A DNA stretch of 64,000 nt from Planctomycetota bacterium (GTDB taxonomy: Bacteria > Planctomycetota > UBA8108 > SXIK01). The stretch's first letter is position 1, and every line of letters begins with the position of its first letter. The stretch spans positions 4,608,001 to 4,672,000 of the forward strand of contig OZ244999.1 in the NCBI GenBank assembly GCA_965223265.1. Direction: 5' to 3'. The position numbers and the translations under genes are program-made. The notes under the pieces were generated by a model. It ran no database searches and was not told the origin of the DNA. It was given only the letters and a program-made list of their open reading frames with translations. Of the stretch, positions 17,268 through 28,365 are shown one piece after another.

Positions 17268-20200
17268 TCGCACACCTCATAGTACTGACACGAGAGCGCA
17301 TCAGCGCTCGAGTCGACGCCGCAGCTCTGCGGCGGCTCGGGCGCCGCGCCGCCCACGAAAAGGTGCAGGAGCAGCTTCACCGCGTCGCTCACCGTCACAC
17401 GTCCGTCGTCGTCGACGTCCGCCGCCCTCGCGCAGCTCGGAGCTGCGCCGCGGCGAAAGAGGTAATTCAACAGCGTCAGCGCATCGCCAAGCGCCAGAGT
17501 GCCGTCGGCCTCCACGTCGCCGCGCTGAAACAGCGACTCCGAGCGCTCTCCCTTCTCGTAGAACGTCGCCGCTTCCTCGGCGATCAGCGCGTAGCTCCCA
17601 TCGAGGTAGCGCACCTGCGCCACCTCCGGAGCTTCTCCGGGAAGCACCGGATCGGGAGCCTCCACCTCCACCACTCGCACAGCGCGATCAAGACCCGCTA
17701 CTGAGATCTCTGGATCCAAAACCACCCAGTAGCGAACGTCCACGTTGTGGCGACCCGCCGAGTACACCAGCTGCCAGTAGTCGCTCACCACAACCGACTC
17801 GCCGCCGCCAAACACCACCGAAGCACGCTGAAGACTCGCAGGGCCCGTCGATTGGCGATTCTCAGACGGCAAAAATCGCTCCACTAAATCGATCCGTGCA
17901 CCGCTCGACGTCTCCAACGAAAGCTCCCAGCGCGGCAAGAGCCCATCGCTACACGACGAGTAACTCACCAGAGGCTCACCCGCCAAGCTCCCCGTCGACA
18001 CCAGCGAAAACCTCAAAAACTCCTCGTCCACCAAAAACCGCTCCTCCAGCGCGCGCGAGCCCGCACCGCGAAGCTCCACTCCCAAAAGCTGCACCACGTA
18101 GCTCTCGCCACCCAGCAGCGTGAACTCCTGCTCGTAGCTGAAGCGATACAGCGTCACTCCACCCCCCTCCGCTACCCGCGCCACGCGGTAAAGACCCGCC
18201 GCCACAGCCTGAGCCTCCTCCTGCTCAGGGCCAAAGCGAACACTCTCGATCAGCTCACCTGAAAAACTCTCCGAGCTCGTCACAAGCTCGTGCACTCCGG
18301 CGCGCAGACGCACCTCGCTCTTCAGCTCGTACTCCACCTGGGGATCGCGGCCAGTGCGGTCCGCCGAAAACACACCGCACAAAACCGTCCCCTCGGGAAC
18401 CAAAAGCTCAAACGCCGGTGACGGCACAACCGTCTCCGGAATCAAAAACGGACGCACCTGCTTCACCGCCAGCGAGCCGTCCGGCTCCACCTTGAACTCA
18501 AAGTCCAAAAGCACCTGCTCGCGAGGATAGCCTTCAAGATCCAGAGGAAAGTTCGTATCCACATGCCACATCAGAGAACCCAGATCACCCAGCTGCTCCT
18601 CCGTCAGAACCACCTCCCCCGCACCAACCAGAGATGAGCTCCGGTCGCGAACGATCCGCACCACCTCGCCTTCAACCACCTCCAAAAAGTTCCGCTCCAC
18701 GCTCACACCCGCCGCTGGACTCACTACGCTCTCCTCGCCAACCTGCGCCGTGATCATGTAGCGACGATCTCGAACGTTCTGAGGGTTACCGGTGAACGCA
18801 ACTCCGTTCGCTGCCTCATCGAGGAAGGCCCGGTTCACCAGCAGACCCATCGTCGCTGCCTCTGGAGGAATCTGGAAAAACGTCCGCTCCTCGTGCGCGC
18901 GGAACGTCCAAAGGCTCGACCACACCTTCTTCAGCGCCCGCTCGATCGTCCGCTCGTTGTCGCGCGTCGCGTCGCAGTGCGAGCTGTCAGGGCTCGCAGG
19001 GTCCACTGTGTCCGCGGCGCACGCAGACGTCGACTCGTAAAGGCCCGCACCGTTGAACTCCAGGGCGTCCTCGACATTCGACGACGAGCGAAAGCGAACC
19101 ATCAGCTCCCGCGAGCCGAAAACCTCTTCGATCCGCGCTACAAGCGACGCCACCAGCGCTGGCGACACCTCGCCGCGGTCTCGCACAAAGTCGCGAAATT
19201 CATCCAGCACCCTGAAGCGCACTGATGAGTCGCTCTTGAACTCCTCACTCGATAGCAGCTCCGTCAGATACTCCTGGTAGCTCAGGTCGCGTCCCTCGAT
19301 CTCGACGCGGTTCGACTCCATGAACTCCACGTAGTAGCGCATCGGGATGCCAAAGCCAGCCTCTTGAAACTCAGCGTACTCTCCAGTCAAAACTCGCTGC
19401 AGCCGCGCAAGGTTCGTCGCCTTGCCGCCGAAGCGAGACACCGGGTTCACTACGCCCTCCAGATCCATATCCAACAGGTGATCAAAGCCGCCGTACTCTC
19501 GATCGGTCCCAGCAAGGCGCGGCAGCGAAGGCTGGTTCTCTCGCCAAAATTCCTCCGCCTCAGATACACTCGCTGGCTCCACCAAATACGTCACCTCACC
19601 CACCTCAAGGCGCACCAGCTCGCCCTCAAAGCGGGAAAACTCCTCCACCGCTCCCAGTACAAACGCGTTCGGGGTCCCGCGCCGCGCCGTCCGCACCGCC
19701 ACGTGACTCAGTGGCCCTTGAATGCTACCCGTCACGAAACCACCGATCACACCCTCTACGTCCTGCGGCGCCGTCTCCACAACCACTATGTCTTGAAACG
19801 TAAAGAGACCCTGAGAGTTCGCGCTCTCGAACTCCTCCAGCGTGAACACGCGCACCCGCCCGTAACCCACTCCAAGCGTGTAAGCCTCGTACTCCAGCTC
19901 CGGGGTAGGCTCCGTCAAAATCGGAAACGCTGGATCACTCCAGCTCGAAGCAGCCTCCTTCGCAAGCTGCGTGTCCGGCTCGTAGCCTAAAAGATCTAAA
20001 TCAAACGCCCCCTTCAGCTCCAGGTACACGCTCTCAACCTCAGACTCACTCAAAACCTCAGAGGCGTCAGAGCCTGTGTCCGCAAACACCGTGAAAGCGT
20101 ACTCGATTCCACCCGAGCCTCGCCGCCGAGCGATCGAGCCCACGTAGTAGTCGCGCGTTGCGCGGCGCCCTACCAGCTGGTCGTACTCCTCCCCTTGAGG

Positions 20201-20386
20201 GCGCGTCGGAAACTGATCCGGAAACGCTCCAGCCAGAAAATCCTCGTGAAGGCTGAAACGACGAACGTTCTGAAACACCGCTGGGATCAAGCTCCCGTCG
20301 TCACCACGCGCCGGCACCACGTACTTCGTGAAGCGACCAAGGCTCGACGGAACCGAAATGCTGAAAAAGTCCCCTTCCGTGCAGAC
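17258..20386. repeat. 3.1-kb near-identical repeat, copy 2
   Basis: From TGCAGCTCACTCGCACACCTC to CCCCTTCCGTGCAGAC, collinear with 11808-14936. Confidence 0.92.
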
Positions 20387-22756
20387 TCGCGCCAGGAAAT
20401 CATCGCCGCTAAGAGGTGTTTGATTGAAGAGAACAGTAAAGTTAACGGAGCCGTGGTTGGCACTGATGATATCGACGTCCCCATCGCGATCGACGTCCCC
20501 AGTCAGCGAGAAACGTGGTTCCGCTCCAACGGCGAACGTGACGGTCGCGTCGAACGATCGACCGACGTCAAAAAACACGACCGTGACGTTGTTGTTACCC
20601 GGATTCGAAGTGACCACTTCGGCACGGCCGTCGCCGTCGGTATCGCCGGTGACGAGCGAGTGCGGTGCGCCATCAAGCGAGAGATCAGACGGAGAGCCGA
20701 AAAGAGTGTCTGTCTGGCGGCTGCCACTATTCCATAGGATCGAGATACTCTGCGCCGATTCGTTCGCGGTCACCAAATCGATGTGGCCATCACGGTCGAG
20801 ATCATTCGCGGCGATCCAGAGCGGTGAACCGATCAACGGGAACACTCCGCGCTGCGGGAATCCTCCCGCAGCATCATTCATCAAAACGATGACCTCCGCG
20901 GAACCGGTGTTCGCCACTGCGATGTCGAGATCTCCATCTGAGTCGTAATCTGCTATCGCTGATGAATGCGGCCCACTGCCGACGGTGATCTCGTCCTGCG
21001 AGTCAAACACTCCTGCGCCGGAGTTTTTCAAAATCGTCACCGTGTTGGCGGCCCGGTTCGAGCTCACAATCTCGACGGCGCCATCTCCGTCGAGATCACC
21101 TGTGGCAAGCTGAAAGGACCCCCCGCGGACAAATGCCGTCGTGCCGCGTTCGAAAAGACCACTGCCGTTATTGATCTGAATCTCAACGCCACTCTGCGCA
21201 CTAGCGGTCGATCCGCTCTCGTCGAGCGCCGCCAGGTCAATGTCACCGTCACCGTCGAGGTCAGCTGCGGCAACGGCGAACGGTCTCACTTCCGTCGGAT
21301 AGATCACTGGAGGATCAAACGATCCATTGCCACGATTCATTAAGATCGAAAGACCATTCGCCCGGCGGTTGTTCCCGCTGATGAGATCGAGATCGCCATC
21401 GCCGTCGAGGTCAGCGATCGCAGTGGTGTGCGGTTCACCTCCGGCTGGATACTCTTCGGCGATCACAGTGAGACTGCGAGCCGGTGTCTCGACGTTCCAG
21501 ACGACCACGACACTGTTCGACACCAGCAGAGCGACGTCGCCATCGCCGTCACCGTCGAAGTCGTCGACGACGGAACCTGAAGAACTTGGGATACTGCCCT
21601 GGCTTTCTACGGAGGCACGGTAGGATCCGTCCGCGCTCTGCCCACGAATGACGGTCAGCTGTCCTTCGCGCGCGAATCCAAGCGCCAGATCGATGATGCC
21701 GTCACTGTCGACGTCCTCCGCCGAAAGGGAGCTCGCCGTGCCGACGAAGCCGAAAAAGATCGCAGGTGCGAAGCTGCCGTCCCCCTCGCCGCGGAAGACC
21801 GCGACCCGTGACGCGCTGCCGACCGCAAGGTCAAGCGTACCGTCGGCATCGAAATCTTCCGCCAGCAGCGCGAACGGACGTGTGAATTCCGAGGCCGCAA
21901 CATCCGCAGCGGCACCGAACGTGCCGCCCCCCTGATTGAGAAGCACCGCGACCGTGCCCGCGTTGCGGCTCAGCGCGGCAACGTCGACGAGTCCGTCGCC
22001 GTTGAAATCCCTCGCCACTACGCTGTTGGGATGATCTCCAACGTCGTAGAGCTGGGGTACGCCGAAGCTACCCGCCTCCCGAAGCGTCACGGAGATTTGG
22101 TCGCTCTCAGAGTGGGCGACGACGAGATCGAGCTGGCGATCGTCGTTCGCGTCGGCCAAAGCGACGGCGCTCGCCGCCACCGGGACGTCAACTCTTGTGG
22201 GAGCCGCCAACACACCGGCGCCGTTGTTCGCGAGTATCCAGATCGCCTCCGTACCACCGACGGCCACGTCGAGATCACCATCGCTGTCGACGTCGCCAAG
22301 AGCCGCACCGCCAAGCCCGCCACCACTGGCGTACGTCTCCACAGTTGAAAACGTCTGCTCCCCTTGGTTGATCAGCACCGAGACGCTCGATGTGGAGTCA
22401 ACATTGAGGTGCGCAGTGACAAGATCGACACGATCGTCGCCGTCGAGGTCGCCGCTCAGGACGATGCGCGGAAACCTGGCGACGCCGAAAGGGGTCTCAC
22501 CGATGCTGAGAGTCAGAGGACTCACCTCGCACTCATCGGGAATGCCGTTTTGATTGCAGTCGAGGCTAAAACTGCTTGCAACGTCTTCAGAGTCTTCGCG
22601 GTCGTTGCCGTTGCAATCGATCGCGAACACTGAATCTGGCCAGTTCAGGAAGACACCGACCGCGAGTGTCACGAGCGCGAGAGACTTCATACCGCGGACC
22701 GAAGCCGTCATGGCCAAATCTCCGAAAAGACGGAATGTCCGAACAATCAATCGCAT
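17264..22756 (-). CDS. paralog B: exported FG-GAP / dikinase / dockerin-like protein (1,830 aa)
   Basis: Same motifs as paralog A; His codon 19703-19705. ATG at 22756 overlaps the end of paralog C; later Met starts are possible. Confidence 0.88.
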   Translation of the reverse strand: MRLIVRTFRLFGDLAMTASVRGMKSLALVTLAVGVFLNWPDSVFAIDCNGNDREDSEDVASSFSLDCNQNGIPDECEVSPLTLSIGETPFGVARFPRIVLSGDLDGDDRVDLVTAHLNVDSTSSVSVLINQGEQTFSTVETYASGGGLGGAALGDVDSDGDLDVAVGGTEAIWILANNGAGVLAAPTRVDVPVAASAVALADANDDRQLDLVVAHSESDQISVTLREAGSFGVPQLYDVGDHPNSVVARDFNGDGLVDVAALSRNAGTVAVLLNQGGGTFGAAADVAASEFTRPFALLAEDFDADGTLDLAVGSASRVAVFRGEGDGSFAPAIFFGFVGTASSLSAEDVDSDGIIDLALGFAREGQLTVIRGQSADGSYRASVESQGSIPSSSGSVVDDFDGDGDGDVALLVSNSVVVVWNVETPARSLTVIAEEYPAGGEPHTTAIADLDGDGDLDLISGNNRRANGLSILMNRGNGSFDPPVIYPTEVRPFAVAAADLDGDGDIDLAALDESGSTASAQSGVEIQINNGSGLFERGTTAFVRGGSFQLATGDLDGDGAVEIVSSNRAANTVTILKNSGAGVFDSQDEITVGSGPHSSAIADYDSDGDLDIAVANTGSAEVIVLMNDAAGGFPQRGVFPLIGSPLWIAANDLDRDGHIDLVTANESAQSISILWNSGSRQTDTLFGSPSDLSLDGAPHSLVTGDTDGDGRAEVVTSNPGNNNVTVVFFDVGRSFDATVTFAVGAEPRFSLTGDVDRDGDVDIISANHGSVNFTVLFNQTPLSGDDFLARVCTEGDFFSISVPSSLGRFTKYVVPARGDDGSLIPAVFQNVRRFSLHEDFLAGAFPDQFPTRPQGEEYDQLVGRRATRDYYVGSIARRRGSGGIEYAFTVFADTGSDASEVLSESEVESVYLELKGAFDLDLLGYEPDTQLAKEAASSWSDPAFPILTEPTPELEYEAYTLGVGYGRVRVFTLEEFESANSQGLFTFQDIVVVETAPQDVEGVIGGFVTGSIQGPLSHVAVRTARRGTPNAFVLGAVEEFSRFEGELVRLEVGEVTYLVEPASVSEAEEFWRENQPSLPRLAGTDREYGGFDHLLDMDLEGVVNPVSRFGGKATNLARLQRVLTGEYAEFQEAGFGIPMRYYVEFMESNRVEIEGRDLSYQEYLTELLSSEEFKSDSSVRFRVLDEFRDFVRDRGEVSPALVASLVARIEEVFGSRELMVRFRSSSNVEDALEFNGAGLYESTSACAADTVDPASPDSSHCDATRDNERTIERALKKVWSSLWTFRAHEERTFFQIPPEAATMGLLVNRAFLDEAANGVAFTGNPQNVRDRRYMITAQVGEESVVSPAAGVSVERNFLEVVEGEVVRIVRDRSSSLVGAGEVVLTEEQLGDLGSLMWHVDTNFPLDLEGYPREQVLLDFEFKVEPDGSLAVKQVRPFLIPETVVPSPAFELLVPEGTVLCGVFSADRTGRDPQVEYELKSEVRLRAGVHELVTSSESFSGELIESVRFGPEQEEAQAVAAGLYRVARVAEGGGVTLYRFSYEQEFTLLGGESYVVQLLGVELRGAGSRALEERFLVDEEFLRFSLVSTGSLAGEPLVSYSSCSDGLLPRWELSLETSSGARIDLVERFLPSENRQSTGPASLQRASVVFGGGESVVVSDYWQLVYSAGRHNVDVRYWVVLDPEISVAGLDRAVRVVEVEAPDPVLPGEAPEVAQVRYLDGSYALIAEEAATFYEKGERSESLFQRGDVEADGTLALGDALTLLNYLFRRGAAPSCARAADVDDDGRVTVSDAVKLLLHLFVGGAAPEPPQSCGVDSSADALSCQYYEVCE

Positions 22757-25700
22757 CCTGAGTAAAACTGGCAGGAGAGTGCATCAGGCGTCGGGTCAGT
22801 GCCGCACGAGAGAGGTGCCACCGGCGCCGCCCCGCCAGCAAAGAGGTGGAGGAGAATCTTCACTCCGTCGCTGACCGTCACGCGACCGTCGTCGTCGACA
22901 TCGGCAGTCTTGACGCACTCGGGTGCGGCACCGCGGCGAAAGAGGTAGCCGAGAAGCGACAGAGCGTCGCCCAGCTGCAGCATCCCGTTCACCTCCACGT
23001 CGCCACGTACGAAAAACGCCTCAGCTGTACGCACCTTGTTGAACGCGGTGGGCATCACCGTTGTCATCACGACGAAGTTGTCGTCCAGATATCGCACGAC
23101 TGCGGTTTCCGGTGGTTCGCCGGGAAGCACCGGATCCGGTGCCTCGACCTCGACGACCTTGACGGGTCGCTCCACGCCAGTAACGTTGATAGGCGTCTCC
23201 AAAACGACCCAGTAGCGCACGTCCACATTGTGGCGTCGCGCCGAGTAAACGAGACGCCAGTAGTCCGTCACCACGATGCTGTGGCCATCGAGCTCGATTT
23301 CCGCACGGCGCAGACTTGCCGGCCCTGACGACAAGTTGACCTCTGACGGTAAAAACCGCTCGACGAGCGAGATGCGCGAACCGCCGCCAAGATCAACGTC
23401 GATCTCCCACCGCGGCAAGAGCGAATGAGTGCACGACGAGTAACCAGTCACAGGTTGCCCCGCGAGCACCCCCCGCGCCGAGAGCTGAGAGGTCATGAAG
23501 TCTTCGTCGAAGCTGAGCGTTTTTTCCACCGGCGTCGACCCACGCCCTCTCAAGTCGAAGCCCGAGAGTCGAACTTCGAAGGCATCGCCACTGGGCAGTT
23601 GAAACCCTTGCGTGTACGAAAAACTGTAAACTGTCTCGCCATTCGTCCCCGCGGCGGCTTCGACTTGGAAGAGCCCAGTCTCCACCGCCGTAGCCACAAG
23701 CTGCTCGGGACCAAAGACGACCTCTTCGATGAGATCAGCCGAAAACGAGGACGATCCAGTTGGCAGCGGATGGACACCCGATCTCAGCGTCACCCGACTC
23801 TTCGTCTCGTACTCCGTGCGCGGTTCGCGACCGTCAAGATCCTCTGTGAAGACGCCGCAAAGAGCGGTCCCCGCAGGCACCTCGAGCTCAAAGTCCGGCG
23901 AAGGAGGTACGGTGTCCGGGATGAGAAACGGCCGGACTTGCTTCACGGCGAGCGAACCGTCCGGTTCGATCTTGAACTCGAAATCGAGAAGCACCTGCTC
24001 GCGAGCATGGCCCTCCAAGTCGAGAGGAAAGTTCTGATCGATGTGCCACATGAGCCGGCCGAGAGTACTCAGGTCGTCGTCCGACATCACAACCTCGCCA
24101 GGTTCGACCAGCGACGAACGCCGATCGCGGACGATCCGCACAACGTCTCCGTCGGACACCTCCAGAAATGTACGCTCGACGCTGATCCCTGCGGCTGGGC
24201 TGACAACGCTTTCTTCACCGAGCTGCGCCGTGATCATGTAGCGCCGGTCCCGTACGTTCTGTGGATTGCCGGTGAACGCGACGCCGTTCGCTGCCTCGTC
24301 AAGAAAAGCTCGATTGACGAGCAGCCCCATCGTCGCGGCCTCCGGAGGAATCTGAAAGAACGTGCGCTCCTCATGAGCGCGAAACGTCCACAGGCTCGAC
24401 CAGACTTTCTTGAGCGCGCGTTCAATCGTTCGCTCGCTATTGCGCGTCGGGTCGCAGTGTGATCCGTCAGGAGTCGCCGGATCAACGGTGTCCGCAGCAC
24501 AGACCGACGTCGACTCGTAGAGGCCGGCGCCGTTGAACTCGAGAGCATCTTCGACGTTCGACGACGAGCGAAAACGTACCATCACCTGGCGCGAGCCGAA
24601 CACTTCTTCGATGCGCGCCACGAGCGCAGCGACGAGTGCCGGATCGACGACGCCTTCGCCGCGAACCAGCTCTCGGAACTCCTCTAACCTTTGGAAGCGA
24701 GTCGCTGAATCGCTCTTGAAGGTCTCGTCTGCAAGCATTTCAGCGAGAAACTCTGCGTAGCTCAGGTCACGACCGCCGACATCGACGCGATTCGTGGCCA
24801 TAAACTCAACGTAGTAGCGCATGGGAATCGCAAAGCCCTGCTCCTGGAACTCCGCTAGCTCGCCGGTCAAGACGCGCTGCAAGCGTGCGAGATTCGTGGC
24901 CTTGCCGCCGAAACGTGACACCGGGTTAACAGCTCCTTCAAGCTCCATATCGAAGAGATGATCAAAGCTTCCGTGCGTCGCATCGATGCCAGCGAGTCGC
25001 GGCAACGACGGTCGATTCGTGGCCCAAAAGTCTTCGGCCTCCTGAGGATCCGCCTCATCGACGAAAAACGTCACCGGACCGACTTCCAGTCGGACGAGCC
25101 GATTCTCGAAGCGGGCAAACTCCTCGAGTGCGTCGGCAACAAAGGCGTTCGGCGTACCCCGTCTTGCCGTCCGCACCGACACGTGACTCAGCGGCCCCTG
25201 GATGGCTCCGGTGATGAACCCTCCGACAACTCCTTCGACGTCTCGAGGCGCCTCGTCAACGACGATGATGTCCTGAAACGTGAAGAGCCCGCTCGAGTTC
25301 GCCGCCTCAAACTCTTCGAGAGTGAAAATACGCACGCGTCCAAATCCGATGCCCAGCGTGTACGCTTCGTAGTCGATCTGTGGAGCCGACTCCGAAACGA
25401 TCGGAAACGGCGGATTCTGCCACGTCGCCGCCTGATCCTTCGCCAGTTGGGTGTCTGGTTCGTACGCCAAAAGCTCCAGGTCGAAAGCCGTCAGCAGCTG
25501 CTGATAGACATGCTCAACCTCCGACTCTTGAAGCACTTCGGCGGGATCGAAGCCGGTGTCGGCGGCAACCGTAAACGCGTAGACGATTCCCTCTGCGGTG
25601 CGGCGCCGCGCCAAAGCGCCGACGTAGTAGTCACGGGTGGCGCGACGACCGACCAATTCGTCGTACTCGTCGCCCTGCGGCCGAGTTGGAAATCGATCGG

Positions 25701-28365
25701 GAAAAGCACCGGCAAGGAAATCTTCGTGCAAGCTGAAACGTCGCACGTTCTGAAACACCGGTGGGATCAAACTCGGATCGTCCTTCGCCGGCACGACGAA
25801 CTTGACGAAGCGTCCAAGGCTCGACGGCACCGAAATGCTGACGAAATCACCCTCGGTGCAGATGCGCTCAAGGAAGTCAGCGTCGACGACTGGTGTCTGA
25901 TTTGACAGCACCGTGATATCGACTGAACCCCAGTTTGCGGTCACGAGGTCAAGATCGCCGTCGAGATCAACATCGCCCGTGAAGATATGGCGCGGATTGT
26001 TACCGACCGCGAACGTCAGCGAACGTTCGAGCGCCTGGCCGGCGCCGACGAACAGCACAGACGCGCTATTATCCCCGACGTTAGCGGTCGCCATCTCGGC
26101 GCGACCGTCGCGATCCATGTCGCCGACAGCGATCGACGCCGGAGCGAAGTCGACGCTGGCGCTTACTGCGGGTGCGAACAACTCGTCACCGCCCGTCTGA
26201 CCAAGATTCCGCAGCATCGACACACTCCCCGCACCGCGGTTCGCAGTCGCCAAGTCGATGTATCCATCACCATCGAGGTCGCCAGCCGCGATCCCCGACG
26301 GAGAGCCGGCGACTGGATAACGCCGCGGCGGGTCGAACGTTCCGTCGCCTCGATTGATCAGCAGCTCGACTCCACCTCCCGCCGAAATCGCGACGTCGAG
26401 GTCGCCGTCGCGATCGACATCCGCGGTCATGCTGAACGACTGAGAACTACCAACGTCGATCGAGGTGCCCTCAAAGGTTCCGTCCTGAAGGTTTCTGAAA
26501 ACACTGAACGAGCTGACGAAGCTGTGGGATACGAAGAATTCCGGAAAGCCGTCGCCCGTGGTATCGCCTGTTGAGACGTGGATCGGCTTGTCTGACACCG
26601 TGTAGCCACCGGCGTGGGCGTAGCGGTTCTCTCCGTCGTTGGTCATGATCTCGACGCGGGTCGTCACGGCTGTGCCGCCGCCACCGAGCGCGGCGATATC
26701 GAGGTCGCCATCGCTTTCAACGTCGAAAAGCGCGAGAGAAATCGTGCTGCCCTCCGTGGTGTAACCGACGCGGTCGGGGTAGGTTCCATCGCCGCGATTG
26801 ACATAGACCGTGATACCGTTGACGCGCGTGTTGTTGCCCGTGATGGCATCGATATCACCGTCGCCATCGATGTCGCCAATGGCGCCAGTGTGCGGCTTCG
26901 CCGTCGACTGGTAAGCACTGGAGGCGAAGGACACTGATCGGGTCGACTCGCCGTCGTTGCGGGCGAGCTCCACCGAGTTGTTCGTGATGACCACCGCGTC
27001 GCAATCACCGTCTCCGTCGATGTCGCCGGCGGCGACGGCGCGTGAGCGGAGCAGGTTCCCTTGAGTCTCCACCAAGCCACGAAATTCTGCGGCAGGTTCG
27101 CCGGCAGATACAGTGACGTTGCGAACGAGCATCAATTGATCCGACCGCAGAAAGCTGACAACGATGTCGGGATCAATGTCCCCGTCGACATCGCCGACGG
27201 CAATTGCAGAAGCTGTGCCAGAGTAATTGACGATGCTCGGCGCACCGAAGCTGCCGTCCCCCGCGTTCGTCAAAACGGCCACGGCCGATCCACTGCCCAA
27301 AGCGAGGTCGATCGAACCGTCACCATCGAAATCACTCGCGACGATGCCAAACGGCCGCACGACCCCGGCCGGGTAGTCCACCGAGCTGGCCAAGTTTCCG
27401 TCGCCTTGACTGAGCAGCACAGACACGGTCGCACTGTTGCGGTTGCCAACTGCCAAGTCGACATCACCGTCGCCGTTGAGGTCAGCTGCAAGAACGGAGC
27501 TGGGAAACTCGCCAACCGCGTGCGGTTGTGGCGCGAGGAAACTACCACTGCCTTGGTTTTCAAGCACTGAAACCGAGCCGGCCGCCGAGTGTGTCACGAT
27601 CAAATCGGGCAAACCGTCGCCGCTTAAGTCTCCAGCGACAATCGCTGCCGCTGTCTCGCCGACGATCACCGCCACGCCATCGGCGAACGTTCCCGTACCG
27701 TCGTTCTCGAAAAGGAGCAACTGCGTTTCGTTGACGCTGACGACATCGGCAGCTCCGTCATCCGTCAGATCTGCCACCGCGAGCGCCGAAAGCTTCGTCC
27801 CGGCGTCGTACTCGACGGCAGAGCTGAACACGGCGTCGACCGGGTCGCGCAGCAACACTGACAAAATCGACGTCCCGTCAGTCGCTTGACTGCCAACGAC
27901 GATGTCGAGCTCACCGTCACGATTGAAATCCGCTGTCGCCACGGCGAGGGGGAAACGCGGTACAGCGAGAGGACTTCCCTCGAGCTCGAACGTCAGCGGA
28001 TTGACATCGCACTCGTCCGGAATGGCATCGCCATTGCAATCGTCACTGAAGGAACTGGCGATGTCATCGAGGTCGTCGATGTCGTTGCCGTTGCAATCGG
28101 CTGCGTTCGACTGCGGCAGGGACAGAAGGAGCGCAGTCGACACCAAAGCCAGCAAAGTCGAGATGCGCCCGGAACCCCCGAGGAGGCGGTAAGGGACGGC
28201 CAAGACGCTCAAGGGAGTTGAGAACATCGGACGTCGAATGCGACCGGCGTGACACATTCCGAACGCATGCCTCTCTGGTGGCAAGCGCATACTGGATTCC
28301 CCCGAAAGATGGCGTTGGTCGGGCCGACGCGCTCCACACAGCAGTGCGCTAGCCCACGAAGTCAC
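22747..28365 (-). CDS. paralog C: exported FG-GAP / dikinase / dockerin-like protein (C-terminal half homologous but not part of the near-identical repeat)
   Basis: GPLSHVSVRTARRGTPN (His codon 25183-25185), the same ATP-grasp motifs, and dockerin-like FVRGD...ADVDDDGRVTVSDGV. True start is probably downstream (e.g. ATG 28227). Confidence 0.88.
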   Translation of the reverse strand: MTSWASALLCGARRPDQRHLSGESSMRLPPERHAFGMCHAGRIRRPMFSTPLSVLAVPYRLLGGSGRISTLLALVSTALLLSLPQSNAADCNGNDIDDLDDIASSFSDDCNGDAIPDECDVNPLTFELEGSPLAVPRFPLAVATADFNRDGELDIVVGSQATDGTSILSVLLRDPVDAVFSSAVEYDAGTKLSALAVADLTDDGAADVVSVNETQLLLFENDGTGTFADGVAVIVGETAAAIVAGDLSGDGLPDLIVTHSAAGSVSVLENQGSGSFLAPQPHAVGEFPSSVLAADLNGDGDVDLAVGNRNSATVSVLLSQGDGNLASSVDYPAGVVRPFGIVASDFDGDGSIDLALGSGSAVAVLTNAGDGSFGAPSIVNYSGTASAIAVGDVDGDIDPDIVVSFLRSDQLMLVRNVTVSAGEPAAEFRGLVETQGNLLRSRAVAAGDIDGDGDCDAVVITNNSVELARNDGESTRSVSFASSAYQSTAKPHTGAIGDIDGDGDIDAITGNNTRVNGITVYVNRGDGTYPDRVGYTTEGSTISLALFDVESDGDLDIAALGGGGTAVTTRVEIMTNDGENRYAHAGGYTVSDKPIHVSTGDTTGDGFPEFFVSHSFVSSFSVFRNLQDGTFEGTSIDVGSSQSFSMTADVDRDGDLDVAISAGGGVELLINRGDGTFDPPRRYPVAGSPSGIAAGDLDGDGYIDLATANRGAGSVSMLRNLGQTGGDELFAPAVSASVDFAPASIAVGDMDRDGRAEMATANVGDNSASVLFVGAGQALERSLTFAVGNNPRHIFTGDVDLDGDLDLVTANWGSVDITVLSNQTPVVDADFLERICTEGDFVSISVPSSLGRFVKFVVPAKDDPSLIPPVFQNVRRFSLHEDFLAGAFPDRFPTRPQGDEYDELVGRRATRDYYVGALARRRTAEGIVYAFTVAADTGFDPAEVLQESEVEHVYQQLLTAFDLELLAYEPDTQLAKDQAATWQNPPFPIVSESAPQIDYEAYTLGIGFGRVRIFTLEEFEAANSSGLFTFQDIIVVDEAPRDVEGVVGGFITGAIQGPLSHVSVRTARRGTPNAFVADALEEFARFENRLVRLEVGPVTFFVDEADPQEAEDFWATNRPSLPRLAGIDATHGSFDHLFDMELEGAVNPVSRFGGKATNLARLQRVLTGELAEFQEQGFAIPMRYYVEFMATNRVDVGGRDLSYAEFLAEMLADETFKSDSATRFQRLEEFRELVRGEGVVDPALVAALVARIEEVFGSRQVMVRFRSSSNVEDALEFNGAGLYESTSVCAADTVDPATPDGSHCDPTRNSERTIERALKKVWSSLWTFRAHEERTFFQIPPEAATMGLLVNRAFLDEAANGVAFTGNPQNVRDRRYMITAQLGEESVVSPAAGISVERTFLEVSDGDVVRIVRDRRSSLVEPGEVVMSDDDLSTLGRLMWHIDQNFPLDLEGHAREQVLLDFEFKIEPDGSLAVKQVRPFLIPDTVPPSPDFELEVPAGTALCGVFTEDLDGREPRTEYETKSRVTLRSGVHPLPTGSSSFSADLIEEVVFGPEQLVATAVETGLFQVEAAAGTNGETVYSFSYTQGFQLPSGDAFEVRLSGFDLRGRGSTPVEKTLSFDEDFMTSQLSARGVLAGQPVTGYSSCTHSLLPRWEIDVDLGGGSRISLVERFLPSEVNLSSGPASLRRAEIELDGHSIVVTDYWRLVYSARRHNVDVRYWVVLETPINVTGVERPVKVVEVEAPDPVLPGEPPETAVVRYLDDNFVVMTTVMPTAFNKVRTAEAFFVRGDVEVNGMLQLGDALSLLGYLFRRGAAPECVKTADVDDDGRVTVSDGVKILLHLFAGGAAPVAPLSCGTDPTPDALSCQFYSGCD

